Virus record (IMG/VR): IMGVR_UViG_3300050821_002957
Coordinates: 62,001-126,000 of that record
DNA: 64,000 nt
Strand: one strand, 5' to 3'
A program made the position numbers and the translations under genes. The number at the start of each line of letters is the position of its first letter. Positions within the stretch are counted from its first letter, which is position 1. This document shows, in pieces, positions 40,238 through 47,906 of the stretch. The notes beneath the pieces are model-generated. The model ran no database searches, had not been told where the DNA came from, and was given only the letters and a program-made list of their open reading frames with translations.

Positions 40238-40780
40238 ATGCTTTACTACGTTTACGCTTACTACGATCCTATTACCAATTTGCCGTTCTACATCGGCAAA
40301 GGTCACGGCGCACGAGCGCACTCTCATTTGAGCGAATTAAAAACTACTACCAAAAACATTCGGAAATGGAACAAAATCAATTCTATCAGAAAACACGGCC
40401 ACGAACCTGAAGTAAGAATATTGAAAACTGATCTTACTGAAGACGCTGCATACGACCTTGAAGAAAAACTCATCCGTACCTGGGGTCGGAAACGAATTGA
40501 TCAGAATGGTGTGCTAACTAACATCTGCCTTGATGCTCGTCCACCAGGAAATCCTACAGCACATCTAGGAAAAAAACATTCGACGGCGACTAAGAAAGTA
40601 ATGGCAGAACGCAAAGCAAAAGATTGGCGCATCACTTCACCAGATGGCGTAGTGGAGACTATTACAAATCTTCGAGAATTTTGTCGTTCTCGACAATTGA
40701 ATCAGTCAACACTCGTCAAAATTGCTCACGGCCAGCAACAGAAATCCCACAAAGGATACTACTGCGAATTGGTCACGTAG
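40238..40780 (+). CDS. GIY-YIG-like homing endonuclease with NUMOD3 motif
   Basis: YYVYAY.DP....PFYIGKG...RA.SH...E..LI...G...G.LTN; HSTATKK. Confidence 0.85.
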   Translation: MLYYVYAYYDPITNLPFYIGKGHGARAHSHLSELKTTTKNIRKWNKINSIRKHGHEPEVRILKTDLTEDAAYDLEEKLIRTWGRKRIDQNGVLTNICLDARPPGNPTAHLGKKHSTATKKVMAERKAKDWRITSPDGVVETITNLREFCRSRQLNQSTLVKIAHGQQQKSHKGYYCELVT

Positions 40781-40823
40781 GATATCATCTCACTTTCATT
40801 TAGACCATACAATTTTGAAGAAC

Positions 40824-40859
40824 TTGACGAAAGATGCATCTTTGTGCTAGGGTCAGTTC
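40824..40859 (+). promoter_or_regulatory. sigma70-like promoter with AAGATGCATCTT palindrome in the spacer
   Basis: TTGACG-18-TAGGGT-6 nt-ATG. Confidence 0.55.
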
Positions 40860-41207
40860 ATGGACTTTCAAATTGAATTTCATGAAGCACCAAACGGAGA
40901 CCTTTTGTTGTCGGTCGATTCCAAAACACAAATGATGCTTCAGGTGATCAAAGGTATCGATCCAATTGCGTTCGCCACCAGCGTTACTCAATTTGACATC
41001 TTCGGTTGGTTCATTACAAATACTGAATATTCCTGGATTACACCGGAAGAGATCGACGCCTTTACCGATGCTCCGATTCTTGGTATCAAAGGATCGAACG
41101 AATATGGCGATGTGATCCGGGCCTGGGCGTTCATGGATTTTGAATCACGGTCACCCCAAGATGATTTGGCCGATAAAGGCCGGGTTCGATTTACTGGAAA
41201 CGACTAA
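40860..41207 (+). CDS. hypothetical protein
   Basis: 115 aa; TDAPILG...W.FMD motif. Confidence 0.7.
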   Translation: MDFQIEFHEAPNGDLLLSVDSKTQMMLQVIKGIDPIAFATSVTQFDIFGWFITNTEYSWITPEEIDAFTDAPILGIKGSNEYGDVIRAWAFMDFESRSPQDDLADKGRVRFTGND

Positions 41208-41209
41208 TT

Positions 41210-41256
41210 TAGATACATCTATTGACATTCGCACTCGATCCTGCTACTATGGATTC
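41210..41256 (+). promoter_or_regulatory. sigma70 promoter with TAGATACATCTA box; leaderless transcript
   Basis: TAGATACATCTA-TTGACA-17-TACTAT-6 nt-ATG. Confidence 0.85.
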
Positions 41257-41409
41257 ATGAGCAACGAACTAGACGATCTGATCCGGTTGAGTCCTGAAGA
41301 AGTCTACGGCGCAGAGCCAACCGAACTCGAAAAGGCCGAAATGTTCAATGCCGCAGAAGACATTCGCATCGAGCGCTACATGATTGAACGTCACCTGGGA
41401 GGCAAGTAA
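41257..41409 (+). CDS. 50-aa hypothetical protein
   Basis: MSNELDDLIRL... starting at the promoter +1. Confidence 0.65.
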   Translation: MSNELDDLIRLSPEEVYGAEPTELEKAEMFNAAEDIRIERYMIERHLGGK

Positions 41410-41715
41410 ATGCCAACCAAACACAAGCCTGACACCACGATTCCCTGCAACATCTGCAAAGGAACAAAGCGCAACGGCAACCATGAATGCGGGGCCTGCT
41501 TTGGCACTGGTCTTTCGACGGCATCTTACGATCAGCGCCGAAACGCCACCACGATTACGGTATGGGAAGGCGAAAAAATGCCCGATATGGAAGGGCTGGA
41601 AGTTCATTCTCGACGGGCAACCAATCGTACAAATGGCTCGACTGTGATGCCCAAAATTCAACACGGCGTCATCATGCTCATCTCCTGGACGAATAAGGAT
41701 TATCGAGGCGAATAA
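41410..41715 (+). CDS. protein with DnaJ-type CxxCxGxG zinc finger
   Basis: CNICKGT...CGACFGTG; GGAGG Shine-Dalgarno. Confidence 0.7.
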   Translation: MPTKHKPDTTIPCNICKGTKRNGNHECGACFGTGLSTASYDQRRNATTITVWEGEKMPDMEGLEVHSRRATNRTNGSTVMPKIQHGVIMLISWTNKDYRGE

Positions 41716-41717
41716 TT

Positions 41718-41764
41718 TAGATACATCTATTGACTTAAAGACCTGAAACTGGTATTCTTAACTC
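41718..41764 (+). promoter_or_regulatory. sigma70 promoter with TAGATACATCTA box; leaderless transcript
   Basis: TAGATACATCTA-TTGACT-17-TATTCT-6 nt-ATG. Confidence 0.85.
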
Positions 41765-42130
41765 ATGAACAGCGCACAACGAGATTGGATGATTCGGATG
41801 GAAGCGAATGTCGGAACGCTACGAGAACAGTATCACGGTGCCTCAGCATTTGATAATGAACTTCTCGCCGAAACGCTTCGCAAGGTTCGTGAAGCTGTGC
41901 GCCGCCTGAAGCTGAAAGTGGTCGATGAGGTACAAAATGCCATCGATAACGAATTCTGGGACGGCGAGGCCGATTCTCGTGTCGAATGGCTGGCCGAAGC
42001 TCTTCGCATCATCAGCATCTACACTGCGGAGCCGGATGACGACGGATTCAACGAAGAAGTAGAGTACGAACAGGAAATGGATCGCCGGTATCATTTACTT
42101 CATGGCGGCGACCCGGAGTGGGCACAATGA
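41765..42130 (+). CDS. hypothetical protein
   Basis: 121-aa ORF starting at the promoter +1. Confidence 0.7.
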   Translation: MNSAQRDWMIRMEANVGTLREQYHGASAFDNELLAETLRKVREAVRRLKLKVVDEVQNAIDNEFWDGEADSRVEWLAEALRIISIYTAEPDDDGFNEEVEYEQEMDRRYHLLHGGDPEWAQ

Positions 42131-42357
42131 CGGAACAAGAAACAGCCTTTGTCGAAATGGTCTCCAAGCACGATTTGACCTTCGACTACTCAGACGACTT
42201 TCGATGCTGGAAAGCTGGCAATGCTTCTCTGGCGGCGATCCACGAAGCTGCAAAATCGCTTCCTCGTGATTTCGTTGTTGAAACGTGGAATGCTGCCGTA
42301 GACAAGAAGATCGTCCCCGGTCGGCGTGAACAGTGGTATTGGAAGGAAACAGTATGA
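42127..42357 (+). CDS. conserved phage hypothetical protein
   Basis: HD..FDYSDD.R.W..G motif; ATGA overlap. Confidence 0.7.
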   Translation: MTEQETAFVEMVSKHDLTFDYSDDFRCWKAGNASLAAIHEAAKSLPRDFVVETWNAAVDKKIVPGRREQWYWKETV

Positions 42358-42644
42358 AAGCAATTCGATGTGACAGTGGAAACCCTTTTGAAGTCCTGCG
42401 GTCGTTTGTGACGAAAAATCCAGACTTCTTGCCGGTCTCGATGATCATGGACATTGGTTATGCTTCGACGCTGGTGACGATCAACAAACTAGAAGACATA
42501 GACGGGATTGAGGCGTTTCAACAAAAAATGCGTGAGACCGATCCAGTCAGAGATGCGCTGGGAATGGCGATGAAAGCGAGCCAGCCGAATACCGTGTACT
42601 CTTCCGATTTGAAACTCTTGGTGAAGAACGGGAAGTTCGTATGA
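42354..42644 (+). CDS. hypothetical protein
   Basis: ATGA overlap; AAGGA Shine-Dalgarno. Confidence 0.6.
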   Translation: MKAIRCDSGNPFEVLRSFVTKNPDFLPVSMIMDIGYASTLVTINKLEDIDGIEAFQQKMRETDPVRDALGMAMKASQPNTVYSSDLKLLVKNGKFV

Positions 42645-42749
42645 CCTGTTCCAAAAACTTCAAGAAGGTGCGTTGGTCGAACGTATTTGTTGACACAAGA
42701 CCTCGGCCTACCTGTGTACGTATTGATCGGTGTCGCCGCAGGATACGTT

Positions 42750-43346
42750 CTAATCGAATTTCTTGATCGTTAAAGGCGGATCGGACGCAGCAAGAGGCAT
42801 TGTCTGCCAGCTACCATTCGCATTTGTAATCATCAGAGGCGTAGCCGGAATGTTCACATAAGGTCCCAACTTCGTTCCATCGGCAAGCACAAGCTGGATC
42901 ATCTGAAGACCGGCGCAATTCCATCCCAGAGGGCCATCCACAATCGTAACCGTCAAAACATCGCCGACAGTATACCCAGATGCAAACGGCGCAGCCAACC
43001 CAGTTATGACCCCATTCGTGAAATAAACTGTGATGCTTCCTGCTGTACCAGTCCCGCCCGTAATCGTTATTTGTGGATTGACGTAGCTGGAGCCGCCCGA
43101 ACCGACAACCAGGGTCAACACTGAAGCAGACACCACCGACGCCGTAGCGCTCGCCCCAGTGCCAGCAGCAGGCTTTGTAACGCCACTTCCAACACACTGC
43201 CACCGTTGGACAGAAGCGATTGGCGAAACCATCAAATTTTTGACTTGTGATTGTCCGTCAGCCAACGTTTGTGCATTGCTTTGCTGAATGATGAGAACGA
43301 TTAATGCAAGAAAAAGAATCAACCATACAACTCTAAGTGTTTTCAT
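42750..43346 (-). CDS. secreted protein with virion-type GSGY module
   Basis: Signal peptide MKTLRVVWLILFLALIVLIIQQSNAQ; module shared with 43357..44229 and gp8. Confidence 0.65.
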   Translation of the reverse strand: MKTLRVVWLILFLALIVLIIQQSNAQTLADGQSQVKNLMVSPIASVQRWQCVGSGVTKPAAGTGASATASVVSASVLTLVVGSGGSSYVNPQITITGGTGTAGSITVYFTNGVITGLAAPFASGYTVGDVLTVTIVDGPLGWNCAGLQMIQLVLADGTKLGPYVNIPATPLMITNANGSWQTMPLAASDPPLTIKKFD

Positions 43347-43356
43347 GTCGTCTTTC

Positions 43357-44229
43357 CTAATAGAGATAAGCAACTGTGATGTAATCGTCCAAATTCCACG
43401 CTACAAGCGCCCCAGAAGCATCTTGATAGAGAACTGGGATAATGTAGCCAGTCGTCGTATTGAGCGTATAGTCGGGACCGAGACGCTGTAGAAGGCCATT
43501 CCGCCAGACCTGGACGTTGCGCCCCGGCTTCGGATACTTCCATGTCTGTGGAATGTCCGTGATCGTTACTGTCAGAACGTCGCCAATCGTGTAGCCAGTG
43601 GCATTGGGTGCATTAATCGCTGTGATGACCCCTCCAACGACAGTAGCAGTGACATTCCCAGGAGTGCCGGTGCCGCCAGTGATCGAGACCATCGGTAAAA
43701 CGTAGCCACTTCCACCGCTGACACTTGTGAACGACAATGACGTGAGTGTTGTTGTTCCAGGCGGATTAAAAACAACTCCCTGGAAAACGGCACCTGTCCC
43801 AAATGGACCGTTATTGACAACAGCAATTTGATTCACATACTGTGTCGGAAAAATCCCACGAAGCTGACCCCCAGAACATGCAGGCGAACATGATGCACCT
43901 GATGCAAATTCAATCCAGACACCTAGTGGAAAGGTCTGAACAGTGCCATCACTCATGAGCACTTGAACACCAACTGGAGTAGGAGCAGCACCACCAACAA
44001 CTGCCCGAGACACTTTGTTCTCAAACATTCGCATGAACCAATTTGGTTTTTGAACCTTGGCCGGTGCTGGCGGTGCGATTGGCGGCGGCGGTTCTTCAGA
44101 CGCAGCGACCACTAAGGGAAAGGGCGCTGTAATATTGCTTTTTTGTTTTGTCTGTTGTGCGCTCAGTGTAAGCGAAAGAATGGTCGCTGTGAGTCCTGTT
44201 GCTCGAAGTATGACTTTCATCAAAGACAT
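43357..44229 (-). CDS. secreted protein with virion-type modules
   Basis: Signal peptide; GGSGY module; C-terminal V.RNGLLQR.G.DYT motif typical of fibre proteins. Confidence 0.65.
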   Translation of the reverse strand: MSLMKVILRATGLTATILSLTLSAQQTKQKSNITAPFPLVVAASEEPPPPIAPPAPAKVQKPNWFMRMFENKVSRAVVGGAAPTPVGVQVLMSDGTVQTFPLGVWIEFASGASCSPACSGGQLRGIFPTQYVNQIAVVNNGPFGTGAVFQGVVFNPPGTTTLTSLSFTSVSGGSGYVLPMVSITGGTGTPGNVTATVVGGVITAINAPNATGYTIGDVLTVTITDIPQTWKYPKPGRNVQVWRNGLLQRLGPDYTLNTTTGYIIPVLYQDASGALVAWNLDDYITVAYLY

Positions 44230-44486
44230 TTAGTTCGTTCCTTTTCTGATGGCAAGGATTCCCGATTCTCCACCTTGCATTTCCCGCTGAGAGATTTTAC
44301 CCCTACTGGCCAACTCTTGACGGAGTGACATTAAGCTGCGGACGTGCTAATTTGTGGATCGTTTCTTACGCCCTGTGGATTCATGTATTATCCCACAGTC
44401 CGTGCCGAGTCAAGCTCGATCTTTGCACCACATCAGGCTTTCATCTTCGCATAGAGTGGGTTAAGGTGTCAAGGCTATATACTGCC

Positions 44487-44681
44487 ATGAAAAACCATCA
44501 TCACCAAACAATGCAACTCAGAGTATGGCTGGAGAAAATTCTAGGACCAACCGCAAGGGTTTCTGAATGCTCGGATCGTCGAGTAAGAGAACGGGCCTGG
44601 ACAGTCAAGAATTTTTATGGCAGTTCGATCTTGGAAAAATGGGGATACCCGCTTCCATTTGACGAACCGATTTTGAATTAG
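44487..44681 (+). CDS. hypothetical protein
   Basis: ATG 5 nt after CTATATA (late-type promoter variant). Confidence 0.5.
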   Translation: MKNHHHQTMQLRVWLEKILGPTARVSECSDRRVRERAWTVKNFYGSSILEKWGYPLPFDEPILN

Positions 44682-44687
44682 AAATTT

Positions 44688-44762
44688 TGGAGCGAAGAGT
44701 GGGAGTCGAACCCACCTACACTTGATTGGCAACCAAGGGCACAGCCGCTATACCATCCTCGC
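44688..44762 (-). tRNA. tRNA-Gly(GCC)
   Basis: Cloverleaf; anticodon loop TT-GCC-AA; U73; encoded CCA. Confidence 0.93.
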
Positions 44763-45128
44763 ATACCTACGCTTTCGACCTTTGCCTCTATTCAGGCTAC
44801 CATAAGTCGGCGTCAAACTATCACAACAAGGACAAAGCAATTCCAAATTTGACTCTGATGAATCTTCCGAATTGCCATCGATATGATTCACAACGAGAGG
44901 GATCTTCCCAGTCGTAGGATTCACTTCTGCCCACCCACACTTACAACATTTTGAGTCATACTTCTCGAACAAGTAGCGCCGCACATGAGCACTAATTTGT
45001 TCACTCACCATCGAGCCAGATTCCTCTCCCCGTTTCCACCTTGCGATGTACTCTGTGAATTGAAATCTCTGCTGACAGCGGTAGCTACAATAGACATCCG
45101 CTGCTCTTGTACAGGGCGTGCGTAGCAC
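44748..45128 (-). CDS. HNH endonuclease (start uncertain, possibly decaying)
   Basis: CCKCG...LVVNHIDGN..D....NL.LLCP.C; stop codon lies inside tRNA-Gly(GCC). Confidence 0.8.
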   Translation of the reverse strand: MLRTPCTRAADVYCSYRCQQRFQFTEYIARWKRGEESGSMVSEQISAHVRRYLFEKYDSKCCKCGWAEVNPTTGKIPLVVNHIDGNSEDSSESNLELLCPCCDSLTPTYGSLNRGKGRKRRYARMV

Positions 45129-45148
45129 CGTTTAAGACACGGCAAAAT

Positions 45149-45223
45149 TGGAGCGGGGTACGAGAGTCGAACTCGTCTACTCTTACTTGGAAGGCAAGGG
45201 CACAGCCGCTATACCAACCCCGC
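45149..45223 (-). tRNA. tRNA-Gly(TCC)
   Basis: Cloverleaf; loop CT-TCC-AA; CCA. Confidence 0.93.
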
Positions 45224-45231
45224 AATAAAAT

Positions 45232-45534
45232 CTATTTAGCACTGGACAAAACGACCGGCATCAAAGAGATTTGCCGCCAGATCGCAAGGATATTCCAGGC
45301 GACCAACACTAGAAATGCAATGTTGATCTTGGTCAGCTTGTTTCCTCGAAGATACCAGACGGTTCCGAAGACGATCCCAAACACTTTTACGAGAGCCAAA
45401 CTGACGACCGGCGAGAACAAATGCAAAAGCATACGAACAGCCGGGTTACCTTCTTGGACGCCAATTGCAAGAAAAAGCAGAGTGGAAGCGATGTCTGCCA
45501 CCTGGAGAATCACGAAGAGCGTCAAGCTGTTCAT
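45232..45534 (-). CDS. small membrane protein (DUF5658-like)
   Basis: AD..ST......G..EGNP motif; leaderless from TTGACA-17-TACTAT (45570-45542). Confidence 0.7.
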   Translation of the reverse strand: MNSLTLFVILQVADIASTLLFLAIGVQEGNPAVRMLLHLFSPVVSLALVKVFGIVFGTVWYLRGNKLTKINIAFLVLVAWNILAIWRQISLMPVVLSSAK

Positions 45535-45574
45535 GAGGACCATAGTACCAAAACAAAGGGTCTATGTCAAGAGC

Positions 45575-45790
45575 CTACTTGATCCATCGAGCGGCTGGCT
45601 TTGGATGGGAATCCCGATATTGTCTGCGCCACTCAGCTTCATCTGCATCCGTCGCTGGCTTCATGACAACGTTTGTGCATCCGCAGACGTTCAGAAAACA
45701 TCCGCCAGCGATCAACGTCTTTCGAGCTTCGTCCAGCGAATGGATCAAATCTGGCTGATCACGTCCAGAAACTTCAATCAAAAATTTCAT
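45575..45790 (-). CDS. hypothetical protein
   Basis: MKFLIEVSG...; ATGA overlap. Confidence 0.55.
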   Translation of the reverse strand: MKFLIEVSGRDQPDLIHSLDEARKTLIAGGCFLNVCGCTNVVMKPATDADEAEWRRQYRDSHPKPAARWIK

Positions 45791-45987
45791 GGCTCTCGCT
45801 TTCGCAAACCCAATGTGAGAAAATGTCCCAGGCCAACCCACATGACTTTCGAGTAGTGAGCGTATCCCTTTGCATGAGTCCCCATGATCAAGTTCGTCAA
45901 AAAAGGGAGAACGAGCATGACCCCAAGAAATGCGAAGACCCAATACAAAATATGATAAAGTAGTAGGCCGAAGCCGATCTGAAGCAT
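45787..45987 (-). CDS. small membrane protein
   Basis: Hydrophobic 66 aa; GGAG Shine-Dalgarno. Confidence 0.55.
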   Translation of the reverse strand: MLQIGFGLLLYHILYWVFAFLGVMLVLPFLTNLIMGTHAKGYAHYSKVMWVGLGHFLTLGLRKREP

Positions 45988-46014
45988 AATAATCTCCAGT
46001 CCAAGAATACCTTA

Positions 46015-47004
46015 CTACTCACCGATTGTCAAGCATTTTTGCGCCGTGATGGAATTGAACGAAGCGGCTTTCTTCACGATGTATGTACCCTGCTCGGTAA
46101 CAATTTTTCCGGTCTTCTTGTTGGCCGTCTTGATGTAGCCGTAGTCGTGATACGTGCTGCCGAATTCCTTGAAGCGCAATTCGTACTGAACACGGAACGG
46201 GTCCAAGTAATCAGCGATAACATACTTCAATAGTTCATTGCCTTCTGCATCAAACACGTCCCAACGAACATGATTGTACATCGTGACGTTTAAAATGTCC
46301 TTGAACTTTTGCGGCGGTTCGTTAAACAGATTGACTTCTTTCACCACCGTCTTCACAATATCAATAGTAATGATGTCAAGAGCCGCCAAGTATTCGACCA
46401 CTTCGGTGCGAAAATCCTGGTTCTCTAACATGTCATCGACCACTTCACCGATCACTGGGATTCCAAGATTTGCAAATTTCTTCAAATAATGGATGCGGCT
46501 TGGCCGGTCGATCAGTGCCTCGGAGACATTCATCGTGTTGGCTGTGAGAACGAACAGACGCCTGGAAGGTGCATTCAGTGCTCCATCCATGATTGCCAGC
46601 AATGCATCAGACTTTCCAAAAATTTTCTCGTACTCATCGATCATCACAACGACTTCCTGATCGATGTAACTGAGGAAGTTGATCAGATCCGCACCTTTGT
46701 TGTAGTCCTGCGCCACCAAGATTACAGGTAGCTTGGAGTAGTTGCAAATCTGTTCGGCTTGGACGGTCTTGCCAGTTCCCTTGAGGCCGCACAACATCAC
46801 ACCAAGATTTCCCGTCTTGGCTTTGAACGATTTGATGACTCGATCAGGAAACCCATCACTACCGTAGAGCTTGTACGGAAAGACAAATTCTTCCTTCATC
46901 CTATCGAGATACATTGATCCAAAAGGACCGTATTCCAGAGTGTAGACGCCTACCGGCAATCTCTCTAGCTCTTCGCTCTTTTCAAAAAACCATTTTGTGA
47001 CCAC
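46015..47004 (-). CDS. AAA+ ATPase
   Basis: Walker A GLKGTGKT; Walker B VMIDEYE; sensor 1 LTAN; DRPSRI arginine finger. Confidence 0.9.
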   Translation of the reverse strand: MVTKWFFEKSEELERLPVGVYTLEYGPFGSMYLDRMKEEFVFPYKLYGSDGFPDRVIKSFKAKTGNLGVMLCGLKGTGKTVQAEQICNYSKLPVILVAQDYNKGADLINFLSYIDQEVVVMIDEYEKIFGKSDALLAIMDGALNAPSRRLFVLTANTMNVSEALIDRPSRIHYLKKFANLGIPVIGEVVDDMLENQDFRTEVVEYLAALDIITIDIVKTVVKEVNLFNEPPQKFKDILNVTMYNHVRWDVFDAEGNELLKYVIADYLDPFRVQYELRFKEFGSTYHDYGYIKTANKKTGKIVTEQGTYIVKKAASFNSITAQKCLTIGE

Positions 47005-47021
47005 ATGTGTTCTATTCTCTC

Positions 47022-47471
47022 TTATTTTCCGGCGTTGTCAAGCAACTCTCGGATTTTTTCTGGCACAAGTTTCGGGTCCAATACTATCATCCGGCTAGGA
47101 AACTGAAGAGTCCCCTTTCGCAGGAGTGACGGTTCGTCATCTGGTGACCAATTATCGTTCATTTCTACGCCCTGTACTGAGATTCGATAGTCGGCAGTAT
47201 CATAGTCTTCGTAAACGTTTTCTTGAGTGACAGGATCACGCCCTTTCCATCGCCGTGAGGTTTTTGGTATGACCTTAAGTGCCAGCACCTTGCCTAACTG
47301 GAGAGCGGCACACCGTCCTAGAGCGTGTCCATAGACGATGATTGAACCAATCTCAACCTTCTGCCCGATCTTATCGAAAACATCCGGTGCCTCCTTTTCC
47401 GGCTTGATTTCGTCTACTTCCTTGGCTGTAATCTCTAAAATTTTGTGGACTTTCCGATGGTCGAGTTTCAT
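47022..47471 (-). CDS. hypothetical protein (SH3/YopX-like)
   Basis: D..GQ.VE.G..IVY motif. Confidence 0.65.
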   Translation of the reverse strand: MKLDHRKVHKILEITAKEVDEIKPEKEAPDVFDKIGQKVEIGSIIVYGHALGRCAALQLGKVLALKVIPKTSRRWKGRDPVTQENVYEDYDTADYRISVQGVEMNDNWSPDDEPSLLRKGTLQFPSRMIVLDPKLVPEKIRELLDNAGK

Positions 47472-47827
47472 ACTCTTTTCCGCACTACAATGACGTTAAT
47501 ATCTGCTGCCATTGACTTTGGATCATTCATCTTCGGAATGTCAGCGACTTCTTTGTACCGACCCAGGATCTCACCGTCGTCGGTAATCACGATGTAATCC
47601 TGTTCCCATCCCAAGTCTTTAATAACCGCCTGGAGAGCAAACGACAGCGTGAATGGATCGACACCCATAAACTTACGAGAGATTTCTTTGACGTTAGCTT
47701 CATGGACATCATCGTCCACAAACCATCGGATAATCTTCTCGTATGCTTCTTGAATCTGCTTGTATTCGGTCTCTTCATCGACCTTTTTGAGCTTGGTGAA
47801 AAAGTGGTCAATTTGATCTTGGGTCAT
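47468..47827 (-). CDS. hypothetical protein
   Basis: Leaderless ATG 6 nt after extended -10 TGG-TACAAT. Confidence 0.65.
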   Translation of the reverse strand: MTQDQIDHFFTKLKKVDEETEYKQIQEAYEKIIRWFVDDDVHEANVKEISRKFMGVDPFTLSFALQAVIKDLGWEQDYIVITDDGEILGRYKEVADIPKMNDPKSMAADINVIVVRKRV

Positions 47828-47845
47828 CAATTTATTGTACCACAA

Positions 47846-47882
47846 AATACAAAACGGGATGGTTCCGACACCATCCCGTTCG
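47846..47882 (-). terminator. intrinsic terminator after the MVP gene
   Basis: AACGGGATGGT/ACCATCCCGTT stem followed by TTGTATTT. Confidence 0.8.
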
Positions 47883-47906
47883 ATCAAACCAGAACGAAGA
47901 AAGGAA

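Noticed and set aside
45107-45856. 249-aa + strand ORF
   Set aside because: Runs antisense across tRNA-Gly and real minus-strand genes; no recognisable motifs.
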